Assembly: GCF_013315695.1 (NCBI RefSeq) | Contig: NZ_CP054353.1 | DNA from: Escherichia coli | GTDB taxonomy: Bacteria; Pseudomonadota; Gammaproteobacteria; Enterobacterales; Enterobacteriaceae | DNA: 64,000 nt | Direction: 5' to 3' (one strand) | Shown here: in pieces, positions 18,931-34,153 of the stretch | How the letters are laid out: each line of letters starts with the position of its first letter | How positions within the stretch are numbered: the first letter of the stretch is position 1 | Program-made: the position numbers and the translations under genes | Notes under the pieces: generated by a model | What the model saw: the letters and a program-made list of their open reading frames with translations, nothing else | Told to the model about the DNA's origin: nothing | Databases searched by the model: none

Positions 18931-20115
18931 ATGAAAAGGCATAGAAACGTCAATTTGTTATTGATGTTGGTATTACTCGTGGCCGTCGGTCAGATGGCGC
19001 AAACCATTTATATTCCAGCTATTGCCGATATGGCGCGCGATCTCAACGTCCGTGAAGGGGCGGTGCAGAGCGTAATGGGCGCTTATCTGCTGACTTACGG
19101 TGTCTCACAGCTGTTTTATGGCCCGATTTCCGACCGTGTGGGTCGCCGACCGGTGATCCTCGTCGGAATGTCCATTTTTATGCTGGCAACGCTGGTCGCG
19201 GTCACGACCTCCAGTTTGACAGTATTGATTGCCGCCAGCGCGATGCAGGGGATGGGCACCGGCGTTGGCGGCGTAATGGCGCGTACTTTGCCGCGTGATT
19301 TATATGAACGGACACAGTTGCGCCACGCTAACAGCCTGTTAAACATGGGGATTCTTGTCAGTCCGTTGCTCGCACCGCTAATCGGCGGTCTGCTGGATAC
19401 GATGTGGAACTGGCGCGCCTGTTATCTCTTTTTGTTGGTACTTTGTGCCGGTGTGACCTTCAGTATGGCCCGCTGGATGCCGGAAACGCGTCCGGTCGAC
19501 GCACCGCGCACGCGCCTGCTTACCAGTTATAAAACGCTTTTCGGTAACAGCGGTTTTAACTGTTATTTGCTGATGCTGATTGGCGGTCTGGCCGGGATTG
19601 CCGCCTTTGAAGCCTGCTCCGGCGTGCTGATGGGCGCGGTGTTAGGGCTGAGCAGTATGACGGTCAGTATTTTGTTTATTCTGCCGATTCCGGCAGCGTT
19701 TTTTGGCGCATGGTTTGCCGGACGTCCCAATAAACGCTTCTCCACGTTAATGTGGCAGTCGGTTATCTGCTGCCTGCTGGCTGGCTTGCTAATGTGGATC
19801 CCCGACTGGTTTGGCGTGATGAATGTCTGGACGCTGCTCGTTCCCGCCGCGCTGTTCTTTTTCGGTGCCGGGATGCTGTTTCCGCTGGCGACCAGCGGCG
19901 CGATGGAGCCGTTCCCTTTCCTGGCGGGCACGGCTGGCGCGCTGGTCGGCGGTCTACAAAACATTGGTTCCGGCGTGCTGGCGTCGCTCTCTGCGATGTT
20001 GCCGCAAACCGGTCAGGGCAGCCTGGGGTTATTGATGACCTTAATGGGATTGTTGATCGTGCTGTGCTGGCTACCGCTGGCGACGCGGATGTCGCATCAG
20101 GGGCAGCCCGTTTAA
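18931..20115 (+). CDS. emrD: Multidrug efflux MFS transporter EmrD
   Basis: Translation MKRHRNVNLLLMLVLLVAVGQMAQTIYIPAIADMARDL... recognised as EmrD (about 394 aa). Confidence 0.9.
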   Translation: MKRHRNVNLLLMLVLLVAVGQMAQTIYIPAIADMARDLNVREGAVQSVMGAYLLTYGVSQLFYGPISDRVGRRPVILVGMSIFMLATLVAVTTSSLTVLIAASAMQGMGTGVGGVMARTLPRDLYERTQLRHANSLLNMGILVSPLLAPLIGGLLDTMWNWRACYLFLLVLCAGVTFSMARWMPETRPVDAPRTRLLTSYKTLFGNSGFNCYLLMLIGGLAGIAAFEACSGVLMGAVLGLSSMTVSILFILPIPAAFFGAWFAGRPNKRFSTLMWQSVICCLLAGLLMWIPDWFGVMNVWTLLVPAALFFFGAGMLFPLATSGAMEPFPFLAGTAGALVGGLQNIGSGVLASLSAMLPQTGQGSLGLLMTLMGLLIVLCWLPLATRMSHQGQPV

Positions 20116-20122
20116 GCTCACG

Positions 20123-20620
20123 TCACCGCAGCATCGTCATCAGCTCCATGGGAGAACGATGCTGCTTTATCAGATCACGCATCACCCGCATATGCGGCGC
20201 GGAGTAAGAATAAAACGCCTGATAGCCCGCACAAAGCACGTTGTCTGGCGTCTCCTCCCGAGCGTGCGGGCACAGCCGATGCCAGTCGCACGCCTGGCAG
20301 CCACGGCGCGGTTGCGGGTTTTCGCTGCCACACCATTTTTGTAGGGTGGCGTCAAAAAGCTCAATCGAAATACGACTGATATCTGCCCGTACCCAACACT
20401 CGAACAGGGCAATTAAAAATTTCCCCCACAGCTCTGCTGTCACCGAAGCGGCCGTCAGATCGCCCCGGTCATCAAATTCAAGATGGGGAATAAGCTGTAC
20501 GGAGCGGATACCCCGTTGTTTGAAATTGTGATAAAAATCGGCAGGTTGCAGAGCATCCTTGTACTCTACAACCAGTTTATGCCTGTCCTCTTCAGCATCA
20601 ATGACCTGACTTCCTGTCAT
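20123..20620 (-). CDS. yidF: YidF (Cys-rich putative maturase-like protein)
   Basis: 165-aa ORF in conserved yidFGH arrangement; Cys-rich C-terminus (CGSENPQPRRGCQACDWHRLC). Confidence 0.7.
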   Translation of the reverse strand: MTGSQVIDAEEDRHKLVVEYKDALQPADFYHNFKQRGIRSVQLIPHLEFDDRGDLTAASVTAELWGKFLIALFECWVRADISRISIELFDATLQKWCGSENPQPRRGCQACDWHRLCPHAREETPDNVLCAGYQAFYSYSAPHMRVMRDLIKQHRSPMELMTMLR

Positions 20621-20979
20621 GCGACTCTCTCAATAAATACGATAAGTTGATGTATATGCGTTACAGCAAACAGTATTGCGAGAGATAACACCGCGAGGGA
20701 GATCAAAAATTTGTCACGGACTACGTGAAATTGGGAAAAATCGCTATTCGTGACATCCATTAAATTGCGATTACGGGTGTAGTGCCAGAGGATCAGCGCC
20801 ACAATGGCGAGAATGCCAATCGAAATCCAGAATAACATGCCCGCCTGGTGCCAGTTGTGTTTGATAGCCAACGCCATCAACGCGCCGTAGCCCAGCATGG
20901 TACGAAACCACGCCAGTGATGTACGCTCCGGCTGCAGCCCTGGGTCGGCAATGCGTCTGGCTTTGCGGCTATCCGGCAT
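20617..20979 (-). CDS. yidG: Inner membrane protein YidG
   Basis: 120-aa hydrophobic protein, 4-nt overlap with yidF. Confidence 0.7.
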   Translation of the reverse strand: MPDSRKARRIADPGLQPERTSLAWFRTMLGYGALMALAIKHNWHQAGMLFWISIGILAIVALILWHYTRNRNLMDVTNSDFSQFHVVRDKFLISLAVLSLAILFAVTHIHQLIVFIERVA

Positions 20980-21316
20980 ACAACACCAGTCCCATAACGA
21001 TCACCGCTACGACCATCAATATTAAGCTGATGATTAATAAGCTGTTGGTGTAGGGCAGGTCCTCTTTCAGACGCATCGCTTTTTCATTGCGTAACCAGCG
21101 CAGGTAGCCATACATCGCTAACCCGCCGGAAAACAGACACAACAACAACGCCAGCAGTTCGCGAATGACGGGCGTGGCGAAATCTGGCGCAAGTTGATCA
21201 AGCCCAACCCCCGCCGCCAGAAAGCCTAGTGCGGTACGGATCCACGCCAGAAAAGTACGCTCATTAGCCAGCGAGAAGCGATAATCAGGTGCTTCTCCGA
21301 GGCGGGAAATTTTCAT
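20969..21316 (-). CDS. yidH: Inner membrane protein YidH (DUF202)
   Basis: 115-aa hydrophobic protein overlapping yidG start. Confidence 0.7.
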   Translation of the reverse strand: MKISRLGEAPDYRFSLANERTFLAWIRTALGFLAAGVGLDQLAPDFATPVIRELLALLLCLFSGGLAMYGYLRWLRNEKAMRLKEDLPYTNSLLIISLILMVVAVIVMGLVLYAG

Positions 21317-21423
21317 TGTTGCTCCTTTGCAATTTCACTAACGCTCTACCTTTAGCGGTTTTTTTAAGAATTTCGTCCACCCGTTTCCTGATATGCTTTT
21401 GCCATCCGCTACAAGGAGGTCAG

Positions 21424-21873
21424 ATGGGTATCATAGCGCAAAATAAAATCAGTTCATTGGGCATGCTGTTCGGTGCCATCGCTTTAATAATGGGGATTAT
21501 CCATTTTTCATTCGGCCCTTTTTCCGCACCACCGCCAACGCTTGAAAGCATCGTGGCGGACAAAACGGCTGAAATTAAAAGAGGTCTTCTCGCCGGAATA
21601 AAAGGCGAAAAAATTACCACCGTGGAGAAAAAAGAGGACGTAGATGTCGATAAAATCCTCGATCAAAGCGGTATCGCACTGGCCATTGCTGCGCTACTTT
21701 GCGCATTTATTGGCGGTATGCGTAAGGAAAATCGCTGGGGCATTCACGGCGCGCTGGTTTTTGGCGGCGGGACGCTGGCTTTCCATACCTTGCTTTTTGG
21801 TATCGGCATCGTGTGCAGCATTTTGCTGATATTCCTTATCTTTTCCTTCCTGACCGGCGGTTCACTGGTTTAA
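21424..21873 (+). CDS. yidI: Inner membrane protein YidI
   Basis: 149-aa membrane protein starting at ATG after AGGAGG RBS (ORF-track start 21289 rejected). Confidence 0.7.
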   Translation: MGIIAQNKISSLGMLFGAIALIMGIIHFSFGPFSAPPPTLESIVADKTAEIKRGLLAGIKGEKITTVEKKEDVDVDKILDQSGIALAIAALLCAFIGGMRKENRWGIHGALVFGGGTLAFHTLLFGIGIVCSILLIFLIFSFLTGGSLV

Positions 21874-21919
21874 GCAGCCTGAATAATGCCCGCCGGGTGT
21901 TCATCAGCGGGCATTATCG

Positions 21920-23405
21920 TCAGAACTTCTGTTTTTTCTCTTCCACCTTCACCCCTTGTGTCGGTAGGCCGGTGTCATAGTCGCGTACCACTGGCGAATA
22001 GCCATCTTGTGGGCGTGGACGAAACGCCCCCATCCAGCGCGGTCGTGCATCTTTACGCCACGGACGCAGACTCCACTGGTAACTGCGGAACGGATCGCGA
22101 ATTTTATCCATGTAATCCAATAAGGCGTCATGCATTTTGCGGCGAACGTCGGCAAAACGGATATCATCTATCAGGTTATGCATTTCATTTGAATCATTAC
22201 GGCGATCGTAAAGTTCATCACTGGTGAAGAGGTTGAGCACCAGTTTAAAGTCATCCGTCACCCAGCAACGCACCGGAATAAAACCGCCAAAGCTGTCATG
22301 CTCAATCTCGTAGCGGTTAAATTCCACCATTACACCGCGTGGCTCTTTCACGGCAAGGATATTTTCCCCCGGCAGAATCTCTGGTTTTTCAATATCTGCC
22401 AGCGCCATCATTGTCGGCAGTAAATCGATATGACTGACTGGCGTATCGACCTGTCGCCGCTCCCCTTGCGGCGAACGGATGATCAGCGGAATGCGGGTGA
22501 TGTCGTCATACATCGCCGCTCCTTTACTGATCAGCTTATGTGCGCCCATCATTTCGCCGTGATCGGAGGTATAAATGACCCACGTATTTTCACGTTGCTC
22601 TGACGTTAAGGCATTGATGACCCGTCCGATTTGGTCATCAACAAAGTCATTGCAGGCAAAATAGAGCGGATGGTGATAAAGCCCGTCATCACCGACTGGC
22701 GATGGCATCGCCTGCGCCCATAAGCGGTGATGTTCCGGTTTGTTCGCCAGGTCATCCTGTGATTTCTCGCCAAGTTCGTAGTAAAAATCAGCGTATTTCT
22801 CTAAATACTCCACCGGACAGGTGAACGGGTGATGCGGCTCATCATACGAAACCACCATCAGGAAGGGTTCCTCGGCGCGCGCGGGCTGTTGCAGAAAATC
22901 TACCGCCCGATTGCTGATGCGGTGCGCCCAGGTGAAGGTTTCGTCGATATGGTTCGCCTGTAAATCCTCAACGCTGTTTAGGCCATTGCGCCACAGGCTG
23001 ATCTCTTTTTCCGTCAGTTCGCTAAGGTAGTTCGCCCCATCGAACCAGTAATCAGCGTCCCACTCCGGCGGACACTCGCCAGTGCCGAAATAGTCATGAC
23101 CGTCGAGATGCCATTTGCCGATGTAACAGGTGTGATAGCCCGCATCCTTAAAGTAGCGTCCCATAGTGGAGATGTTTTTGCCCGGCGCGACGTTGTTGGT
23201 CCACGGGCCGGACTGGTTAGCGTAGATACCGGTAAACAGCCCGGCGCGCGCTGGTGTACAAACCGGTGAACAGGTGTAGGCGGAATTAAAGCGAATACTT
23301 TCCACTATCAATATTTTGCGTATTCAGCGGCTTACCGCTATAGCAACCGACCATATTGGTGGCCTGGGTATCGGTCATGATGAACAGAAAATTGGGGCGT
23401 TTCAT
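21920..23405 (-). pseudogene. yidJ: Sulfatase YidJ, reading frame interrupted near 23286-23311
   Basis: ATG at 23405 (ATGA overlap with yidK stop) opens a 39-codon frame MKRPNFLFIMTDTQATNMVGCYSGKPLNTQNIDSGKYSL* with a sulfatase N-terminus; the rest of the sulfatase (ESIRFNSAYTCSPVCTPARAG..., C-x-P-x-R signature) continues in another frame to 21920. Confidence 0.6.
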
Positions 23406-25117
23406 AGGCTATCCTTCGCGTCGGGAGTAAAGGTTACGGCTGGGTCGTGACGATGCCGCCAGCTGTCAAAAATCAGGTAGACAATCACTACGGCAGCGAT
23501 GAAATAACTGATCATCGCTAACCAGCGCGTACCGTAGCCGCCGAATTCAGCCAGCCCGGCATAGACGCCAATCATAGCGAACAGGATGCCAATTGACGCG
23601 ATCTTGACGTTTTTCCACGGTTTCATGTCCACCGCAAACGCATCTTTGAAGGTGAACGGCGTGGCGCGCGGTTTGATAAAACCGATCACCAGCATCACGA
23701 CCACGTTGATGCAGAACGTACAGGCCAGCACATAGAGGAAATGGAAGTCGAACTTCACCAGATAGTTGATGGTGATGTAGCTGATTATGCCAATCCCCAT
23801 CGCCACTTTTGCCGCCAGCGCTGGAATGCGCGGGAAGAAAAAGCCCATAATGATGATGGTAACCAGCGGCACGTTGTAAATGCCGTTGAGCTGTTTCATC
23901 CAGCTATACAGCCCCTGCGGCGCGTTGGCGATCCACGGCGCTACCAGCACCGAAACGATGGCGATAAAGAAACCAAATTTGCGCCCGACGGTGACCAGCT
24001 GCTGCGGCTCGGCATTCTGGTTAATGATGCGACGGTAAATACCCATACTGAATAACGTACTGGCGCTATTCAGAAAGCCGTTGAAGGTACTGATCACCGC
24101 ACCAAATAACACCGCGCCGAAGAAACCCACCAGTGGCACTGGCAGAACGTTATTGACCAGCGTCGGGTAGGCCATGTCGGCTTTCGGTAGATCCTGATAC
24201 AGATGAAACGCAATCAACCCTGGCAGCACCAGTACCAGCGGGTCGAGCATTTTCAGCACCGCCGTTAACAGCGCCCCCTTTTGCCCTTCCGCCAGGCTTT
24301 TTGACGCCAGCGTGCGTTGCACGATGCCCTGATTTGTACACCAGTAAAAGGTGTTCACCAGAATCAAACCGGTAAATGCCGCGCCAATCGGCAAGGGATC
24401 GGTCGGGCCACCGACTGAGTTTAATTTCTCGGCGTGAACGGTGGTGAGTTGCTCAATGCCCTGCATAAAGCTGCCCTTGCCCATCGCGATCAGGCCAAAT
24501 ATCGGCACCATCAACCCGCCAATAACCAGCCCAATACCGTTGATGGAGTCCGCCACTGCCATTGCGCGCAGTCCGCCGATCACCGCATACAAAATTCCCG
24601 CCAGACCAAGCAAAATTACCAATAGCCAGATAGCCGCACCGTGAGAAATCTGTAGCGATTCCCCGACGTGAAACAGGCTGTTGAGCGCCAACGCGCCGGA
24701 GTAGAGAACAATCGGCAGAAAGCAGACGCCGGTGGCAATGAGGAAGCAGAAGTCGATGATAATACGCGTCGTTTTATCATAACGTTCCTCCAGAAAATCG
24801 GGGATGGTGGCAATGCCGCGCTTCAGATAGCGCGGTAAAAAGATTAGCGCGAGGAAGATCAGCGTCACTGCAGAGGTGACTTCCCAGCCCATCACCGACA
24901 TGCCGCTTTTGTAGGCCTGCCCGGAAAGGCCGACCAGTTGTTCCGTGGAAAGGTTGGTTAGCATTAACGAAGCGGCAATAACCGGCGCTTTTAGTGAACG
25001 TCCGGCAAGAAAATAGCCTTGTTGCGATCCGGTATCTGTTTTACGGACCTTCCACCAGGTGATGATCGCCACCAGCAGCGTAAAACCGACAAAACTCAAG
25101 ATTTGTAACGAATTCAT
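23402..25117 (-). CDS. yidK: Sodium:solute symporter family transporter YidK
   Basis: 571-aa multi-TM SSF-type protein upstream of and translationally coupled to yidJ. Confidence 0.8.
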   Translation of the reverse strand: MNSLQILSFVGFTLLVAIITWWKVRKTDTGSQQGYFLAGRSLKAPVIAASLMLTNLSTEQLVGLSGQAYKSGMSVMGWEVTSAVTLIFLALIFLPRYLKRGIATIPDFLEERYDKTTRIIIDFCFLIATGVCFLPIVLYSGALALNSLFHVGESLQISHGAAIWLLVILLGLAGILYAVIGGLRAMAVADSINGIGLVIGGLMVPIFGLIAMGKGSFMQGIEQLTTVHAEKLNSVGGPTDPLPIGAAFTGLILVNTFYWCTNQGIVQRTLASKSLAEGQKGALLTAVLKMLDPLVLVLPGLIAFHLYQDLPKADMAYPTLVNNVLPVPLVGFFGAVLFGAVISTFNGFLNSASTLFSMGIYRRIINQNAEPQQLVTVGRKFGFFIAIVSVLVAPWIANAPQGLYSWMKQLNGIYNVPLVTIIIMGFFFPRIPALAAKVAMGIGIISYITINYLVKFDFHFLYVLACTFCINVVVMLVIGFIKPRATPFTFKDAFAVDMKPWKNVKIASIGILFAMIGVYAGLAEFGGYGTRWLAMISYFIAAVVIVYLIFDSWRHRHDPAVTFTPDAKDSL

Positions 25118-25283
25118 CTCATAGCCCTTATTTATGTTTATGTCCCGGACGCATGAATATAGGGAGAGGTAAAATGCGTCGGGTCAGGCAGTCAGATTCT
25201 TAAAATACAAACATCGTATCCCTGAACGGATTGTTTTCTGTTAAGTTCAGGTTGTGAGCATAATTCGCCGGAGGGATATTAAA

Positions 25284-29112
<3,829 letters not shown>

Positions 29113-29407
29113 TTCCACATCCTCTTTTCTCAATTCTGTAAGTAGGAAGCCTGATTGGTTATGCGGCAGGCCTGGAGCGAGGATAGGAAGATGCGATCGG
29201 CAGAACATGACGACCCAATGGGATTCGTGATCGCTTTCATGCTTTTCGTTGGGCGGTAGAGATCTACGTTTTCGCAAAAAAGTAGACATCTGTGAGCACT
29301 GGTACACAGCAACGAACACATCTTTAAAAAAAAGATGTTTTTTCAATCGATTAAGCAGAACTTGTGGGCGCATTACCCGGGCTTGCAGGCAAAAAAGAGA
29401 TCTAGAG

Positions 29408-29695
29408 ATGATCTACAAAAGCATTGCGGAGCGGTTAAGAATTCGACTTAACTCCGCGGATTTCACGCTAAACAGCCTTCTTCCCGGTGAAAAAAAGCTG
29501 GCGGAAGAGTTTGCGGTATCGCGGATGACCATCCGTAAAGACATTGACCTGCTGGTAGCGTGGGGGCTGGTGGTCCGCCGCCACGGTAGCGGCACTTACC
29601 TGGTGCGCAAAGATGTACTGCATCAAACCGCCAGCCTGACCGGGCTGGTGGAGGTGTTAAAACGCCAGGGAAAAACGGTCACCAGCCAGGTGTAA
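29408..29695 (+). pseudogene. yidP: GntR-family regulator YidP, 5' fragment truncated by IS4
   Basis: MIYKSIAERLRIRLNSADFTLNSLLPGEKKLAEEFAVSRMTIRKDIDLL... (GntR winged HTH) ends after about 96 codons at a stop supplied by the IS4 terminus. Confidence 0.8.
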
Positions 29696-31118
29696 TGCCA
29701 GTCAGTTAAGCAACTGACTGGCTCTTTTTCGGGGCTGTGGGGTATTTCCAGGGCCTCTCCTTTACCACTCTCGGGAAGGCCCTTTCCCTTCTTGTCGGTA
29801 ATTTCACAAGTTGTCCCATACTTGCAAGATCGCGCATCAGCTCCGGTATACGTCCCGGTGAAGCGCCCTGCAATGTCATCAGCATTCTCATCACCATTCC
29901 GCATGATTCTGAGAAACTCAGTTGATTCGGCCAGTAACCTTTCAGATGTTCCGCCATTTTAATCATCTGATATCTCACCAGATTATAAGCCAGTAAGACA
30001 CCCCACAGCTCTTGCTCCACAAGCTCCGGTTTTTTACTTCTCAGCGTCAGCCTGCTCAGTTGCATCGTCTGTTTTATCTCCCTGTATCCCAGTTCGATTT
30101 CCCAGCGATGACTGTACAGATCCGCCATTTCTCCTCCGGGGAAGCGCATGGCGTCCGTCATCGACGTCAGCAGATGGCAGACTTTTCCTTTGCGCGTCAC
30201 GGTCAGCAGGCGGGCTGTCACTTCATTTCCCAGTCCCGGCCACTTTTTTCGTGCCTGCGGGCTGGTTTTCAGCTTCACCAGATGATCGCCTTTACCCAGT
30301 TTTCTGATCTCTTCATATTGCGCTCCCTTTCTGAGAGGTATCATCCAGTGGCGGTGTTCTCCCGCCAGGCTCCAGGCATTTAACAGTCCCAGTGAGTAAT
30401 AACCTTTATCCATTAACGTCAGAGTGTTATCGCCGGTTTGTTCTATAAGTTGCTCAGCAAGCTCATTTTCGCTGTTCTTCATCGTGCCGAAGGCTGCAGC
30501 CGTCAGCAGATGGCTGGTCAGTTCCATCTGGCAGACCATTTTGACCTGCGGGTAGAGCGCCGGGTTCCCGGCATGTGTCTGGCGGGGGAAGGCTGCATCG
30601 TTCTCTGGTGTATCCGGTGTGCGCCAGAACACACCATCGATGGCCAGCAGGGTCAGGCCGCACCAGTGCGGATGCGGCGTGGCGTTATGCCAGAGCTGCG
30701 CTGTTTTCGTGAACACGCGGCGGACAGCCTCACTTCCCAGGCGCTGGCGGGCCTGAATAACGGCACTGGGGGCAACGAAGGGGCGATTGCCCGGCAGCAT
30801 GATGTCCAGGCGATTCACAATCTGGTGAAGAGGTTCTTTACGCTCAAGCGCCATGCCAACAATACACCAGACCATCATTTCGAGGGGAAGACGGCGCTTG
30901 CGTAGCGTTACAGTACCTGATTCGGCAAGGCAACGAGAGATGAGTTCGGGGTCGAGGTAATCCCCCAGAGAAGTCAGTGGGTTACGCAGAGAATCGTAAC
31001 GGGATACCAGATCAAGAGCCTGTCCAATGTGCATAAAAAAATCCGGAAACAAGTGAGCGTTTCCGGATTCTTACACAGCCACTGGATCGGTCAACTGATC
31101 CTTAACTGATCGGCATTA
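29693..31118 (-). mobile_element. Insertion sequence IS4 (1426 bp)
   Basis: Terminal inverted repeats TAATGCCAGTCAGTTAAG (29693) and TAATGCCGATCAGTTAAG (reverse complement, ending 31118); encloses the IS4 transposase; flanking sequences ACCAGCCAGGTG and CCCCCCTTTGAG are not a direct duplication. Confidence 0.9.
29706..31034 (-). CDS. insG: IS4 transposase
   Basis: Translation [41 protein letters not shown]... recognised as IS4 transposase (DDE family), about 442 aa. Confidence 0.9.
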   Translation of the reverse strand: MHIGQALDLVSRYDSLRNPLTSLGDYLDPELISRCLAESGTVTLRKRRLPLEMMVWCIVGMALERKEPLHQIVNRLDIMLPGNRPFVAPSAVIQARQRLGSEAVRRVFTKTAQLWHNATPHPHWCGLTLLAIDGVFWRTPDTPENDAAFPRQTHAGNPALYPQVKMVCQMELTSHLLTAAAFGTMKNSENELAEQLIEQTGDNTLTLMDKGYYSLGLLNAWSLAGEHRHWMIPLRKGAQYEEIRKLGKGDHLVKLKTSPQARKKWPGLGNEVTARLLTVTRKGKVCHLLTSMTDAMRFPGGEMADLYSHRWEIELGYREIKQTMQLSRLTLRSKKPELVEQELWGVLLAYNLVRYQMIKMAEHLKGYWPNQLSFSESCGMVMRMLMTLQGASPGRIPELMRDLASMGQLVKLPTRRERAFPRVVKERPWKYPTAPKKSQSVA

Positions 31119-31207
31119 CCCCCCTTTGAGACTATTTTAGCCACCAGCAAGAAACGTCTATACTCGCAATTTACGCAGAACTTTTGACGAAAGGACGCCA
31201 CTTCATT

Positions 31208-32704
31208 ATGGCTCACCCTCATTTATTAGCGGAAAGAATTTCCCGCCTGAGCAGTTCGTTGGAAAAGGGGCTTTATGAACGTAGCCACGCCATCCGCTTG
31301 TGTTTATTAGCGGCATTAAGTGGTGAAAGTGTGTTCCTCCTTGGCCCGCCAGGTATTGCCAAAAGTTTGATCGCCCGGCGCTTAAAATTCGCCTTTCAGA
31401 ATGCCCGCGCGTTTGAATATCTGATGACTCGCTTCTCCACGCCGGAAGAGGTTTTTGGTCCCCTTTCTATTCAGGCGCTAAAAGATGAAGGGCGCTATGA
31501 ACGTTTAACCAGCGGTTACCTGCCGGAAGCAGAAATCGTCTTTCTGGATGAGATCTGGAAAGCGGGTCCGGCAATTCTTAATACCCTGCTCACCGCCATT
31601 AACGAGCGCCAGTTCCGCAACGGTGCACACGTAGAAAAAATCCCGATGCGCCTGCTGGTGGCGGCCTCCAACGAGCTGCCGGAAGCAGACAGCAGTCTGG
31701 AAGCGTTATATGACCGCATGCTGATTCGTCTGTGGTTAGATAAAGTGCAGGATAAAGCGAATTTCCGCTCCATGCTGACCAGTAAACAGGATGAAAACGA
31801 CAATCCGGTTCCTGCCTCCTTGCAGGTCACAGATGAAGAATATGAACGCTGGCAGAAAGAGATTGGTGAAATTACGCTGCCCGATCATGTATTTGAGCTG
31901 ATTTTTATGCTGCGCCAGCAACTGGATAAATTACCGGATGCGCCTTATGTCTCGGATCGTCGCTGGAAAAAAGCGATTCGATTATTGCAGGCCAGCGCCT
32001 TTTTTAGCGGTCGCAGTGCTGTTGCCCCGGTTGATCTCATTTTGCTGAAAGATTGCCTGTGGTATGACGCGCAAAGCCTGAATTTGATACAACAACAAAT
32101 CGATGTATTGATGACCGGTCATGCCTGGCAACAGCAAGGGATGTTGACCCGCCTGGGCGCGATTGTGCAACGTCACCTGCAACTACAGCAGCAACAAAGC
32201 GATAAAACAGCCTTAACGGTAATTCGTCTGGGCGGCATTTTCAGCCGTCGTCAGCAGTATCAACTCCCTGTTAACGTTACTGCTTCCACTCTGACTCTGC
32301 TGCTGCAAAAACCGTTAAAACTGCATGATATGGAAGTGGTTCATATCACCTTTGAGCGTAGCGCGCTGGAACAGTGGCTGAGCAAAGGTGGTGAAATTCG
32401 CGGCAAACTAAACGGTATCGGCTTTGCCCAGAAACTGAATCTGGAAGTTGATAGCACCCAACATCTTGTTGTACGCGATGTAAGTTTACAAGGCAGTACG
32501 CTGGCACTTCCCGGTTCATCGGCTGAAGGTCTGCCAGGTGAAATAAAACAACAACTGGAAGAGCTTGAAAGCGACTGGCGCAAGCAACACGCTTTATTCA
32601 GCGAACAGCAAAAATGTCTGTTTATCCCTGGCGACTGGTTAGGTCGCATTGAAGCCAGCCTACAGGATGTCGGTGCACAGATTCGCCAGGCGCAACAATG
32701 CTAA
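31208..32704 (+). CDS. ravA: AAA+ MoxR-family ATPase RavA
   Basis: Translation [31 protein letters not shown]..., Walker [11 protein letters not shown]; start at 31208 (ORF-track 31184 rejected). Confidence 0.9.
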   Translation: MAHPHLLAERISRLSSSLEKGLYERSHAIRLCLLAALSGESVFLLGPPGIAKSLIARRLKFAFQNARAFEYLMTRFSTPEEVFGPLSIQALKDEGRYERLTSGYLPEAEIVFLDEIWKAGPAILNTLLTAINERQFRNGAHVEKIPMRLLVAASNELPEADSSLEALYDRMLIRLWLDKVQDKANFRSMLTSKQDENDNPVPASLQVTDEEYERWQKEIGEITLPDHVFELIFMLRQQLDKLPDAPYVSDRRWKKAIRLLQASAFFSGRSAVAPVDLILLKDCLWYDAQSLNLIQQQIDVLMTGHAWQQQGMLTRLGAIVQRHLQLQQQQSDKTALTVIRLGGIFSRRQQYQLPVNVTASTLTLLLQKPLKLHDMEVVHITFERSALEQWLSKGGEIRGKLNGIGFAQKLNLEVDSTQHLVVRDVSLQGSTLALPGSSAEGLPGEIKQQLEELESDWRKQHALFSEQQKCLFIPGDWLGRIEASLQDVGAQIRQAQQC

Positions 32705-34149
32705 CGCTGGATACGCTTAATGTGATGCTGGCCGTCAGCGAAGAGGGATTGATCGAAGAGATGATCATCGCGCTGCTGGCCTCACCGCAGCTGGCGGTCT
32801 TCTTTGAAAAATTCCCACGACTGAAGGCGGCTATCACTGATGATGTTCCCCGCTGGCGTGAGGCGCTGCGCAGTCGGCTGAAAGATGCCCGAGTCCCGCC
32901 GGAACTCACCGAAGAGGTGATGTGCTATCAGCAAAGCCAGCTCCTCTCCACGCCGCAGTTTATTGTGCAGCTACCACAGATCCTGGACTTACTGCATCGT
33001 CTGAATTCCCCATGGGCAGAACAAGCCCGACAGTTGGTTGATGCTAACAGTACGATCACTTCAGCGTTACACACGCTTTTTCTCCAGCGCTGGCGTTTAA
33101 GCCTGATCGTGCAAGCAACGACGTTAAATCAGCAGCTATTAGAAGAAGAACGCGAACAACTGTTGAGTGAAGTTCAAGAACGCATGACGCTGAGCGGGCA
33201 ACTTGAACCGATTCTCGCAGATAACAATACCGCAGCTGGTCGTCTGTGGGATATGAGCGCCGGTCAGCTTAAACGTGGCGACTATCAGTTGATTGTGAAA
33301 TACGGTGAATTTCTTAACGAACAGCCGGAACTGAAACGTCTGGCAGAACAGCTGGGGCGTTCCCGGGAAGCCAAATCAATACCGCGCAACGATGCGCAGA
33401 TGGAAACCTTCCGCACCCTGGTGCGCGAACCGGCGACGGTTCCTGAGCAGGTTGATGGTCTGCAACAAAGCGATGATATTTTACGTCTCCTGCCGCCAGA
33501 ACTGGCGACACTAGGGATAACAGAACTGGAGTATGAGTTTTACCGTCGGCTGGTGGAAAAACAGTTGCTCACCTATCGCCTGCACGGTGAGTCGTGGCGT
33601 GAAAAAGTGATCGAACGCCCGGTGGTGCATAAAGATTACGACGAACAGCCGCGCGGACCGTTTATTGTCTGTGTGGATACTTCCGGCTCAATGGGCGGCT
33701 TTAATGAACAGTGTGCGAAAGCGTTCTGCCTGGCCTTGATGCGCATTGCTCTCGCTGAAAACCGGCGCTGCTATATTATGCTATTTTCCACCGAGATCGT
33801 CCGTTATGAGCTTTCAGGCCCACAAGGCATCGAACAAGCAATCCGTTTTTTAAGCCAGCAGTTTCGTGGCGGCACCGATCTTGCCAGTTGTTTTCGCGCC
33901 ATTATGGAACGCTTGCAAAGCAGGGAATGGTTTGATGCCGATGCGGTGGTGATTTCTGATTTTATCGCCCAGCGGTTGCCTGACGACGTGACGAGTAAAG
34001 TGAAAGAGCTACAGCGGGTACATCAGCATCGCTTTCATGCCGTGGCGATGTCGGCACATGGCAAACCCGGCATCATGCGCATTTTCGATCATATCTGGCG
34101 CTTTGATACCGGGATGCGAAGCCGCCTGCTCAGACGCTGGCGGCGATAA
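32698..34149 (+). CDS. viaA: VWA-domain protein ViaA (RavA partner)
   Basis: 483 aa, C-terminal von Willebrand A domain with MIDAS motif (VCVDTSGSM); overlaps ravA stop. Confidence 0.88.
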   Translation: MLTLDTLNVMLAVSEEGLIEEMIIALLASPQLAVFFEKFPRLKAAITDDVPRWREALRSRLKDARVPPELTEEVMCYQQSQLLSTPQFIVQLPQILDLLHRLNSPWAEQARQLVDANSTITSALHTLFLQRWRLSLIVQATTLNQQLLEEEREQLLSEVQERMTLSGQLEPILADNNTAAGRLWDMSAGQLKRGDYQLIVKYGEFLNEQPELKRLAEQLGRSREAKSIPRNDAQMETFRTLVREPATVPEQVDGLQQSDDILRLLPPELATLGITELEYEFYRRLVEKQLLTYRLHGESWREKVIERPVVHKDYDEQPRGPFIVCVDTSGSMGGFNEQCAKAFCLALMRIALAENRRCYIMLFSTEIVRYELSGPQGIEQAIRFLSQQFRGGTDLASCFRAIMERLQSREWFDADAVVISDFIAQRLPDDVTSKVKELQRVHQHRFHAVAMSAHGKPGIMRIFDHIWRFDTGMRSRLLRRWRR

Positions 34150-34153
34150 ACAA

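Noticed and set aside
21884-21916. Hairpin between yidI and yidJ as a terminator
   Set aside because: 8-bp stem with a 13-nt loop and no adjacent U-run; overlaps the yidJ 3' end; too weak to call.
29113-29373. 87-codon N-terminal extension of the glvCB ORF
   Set aside because: Extension has no transporter character; a GAGGA RBS precedes the internal ATG at 29112, which begins the EIIC domain.
31184-31207. N-terminal extension of ravA (MTKGRHFI)
   Set aside because: Internal ATG at 31208 gives the recognised RavA N-terminus; the extension would overlap the IS4-adjacent promoter region.
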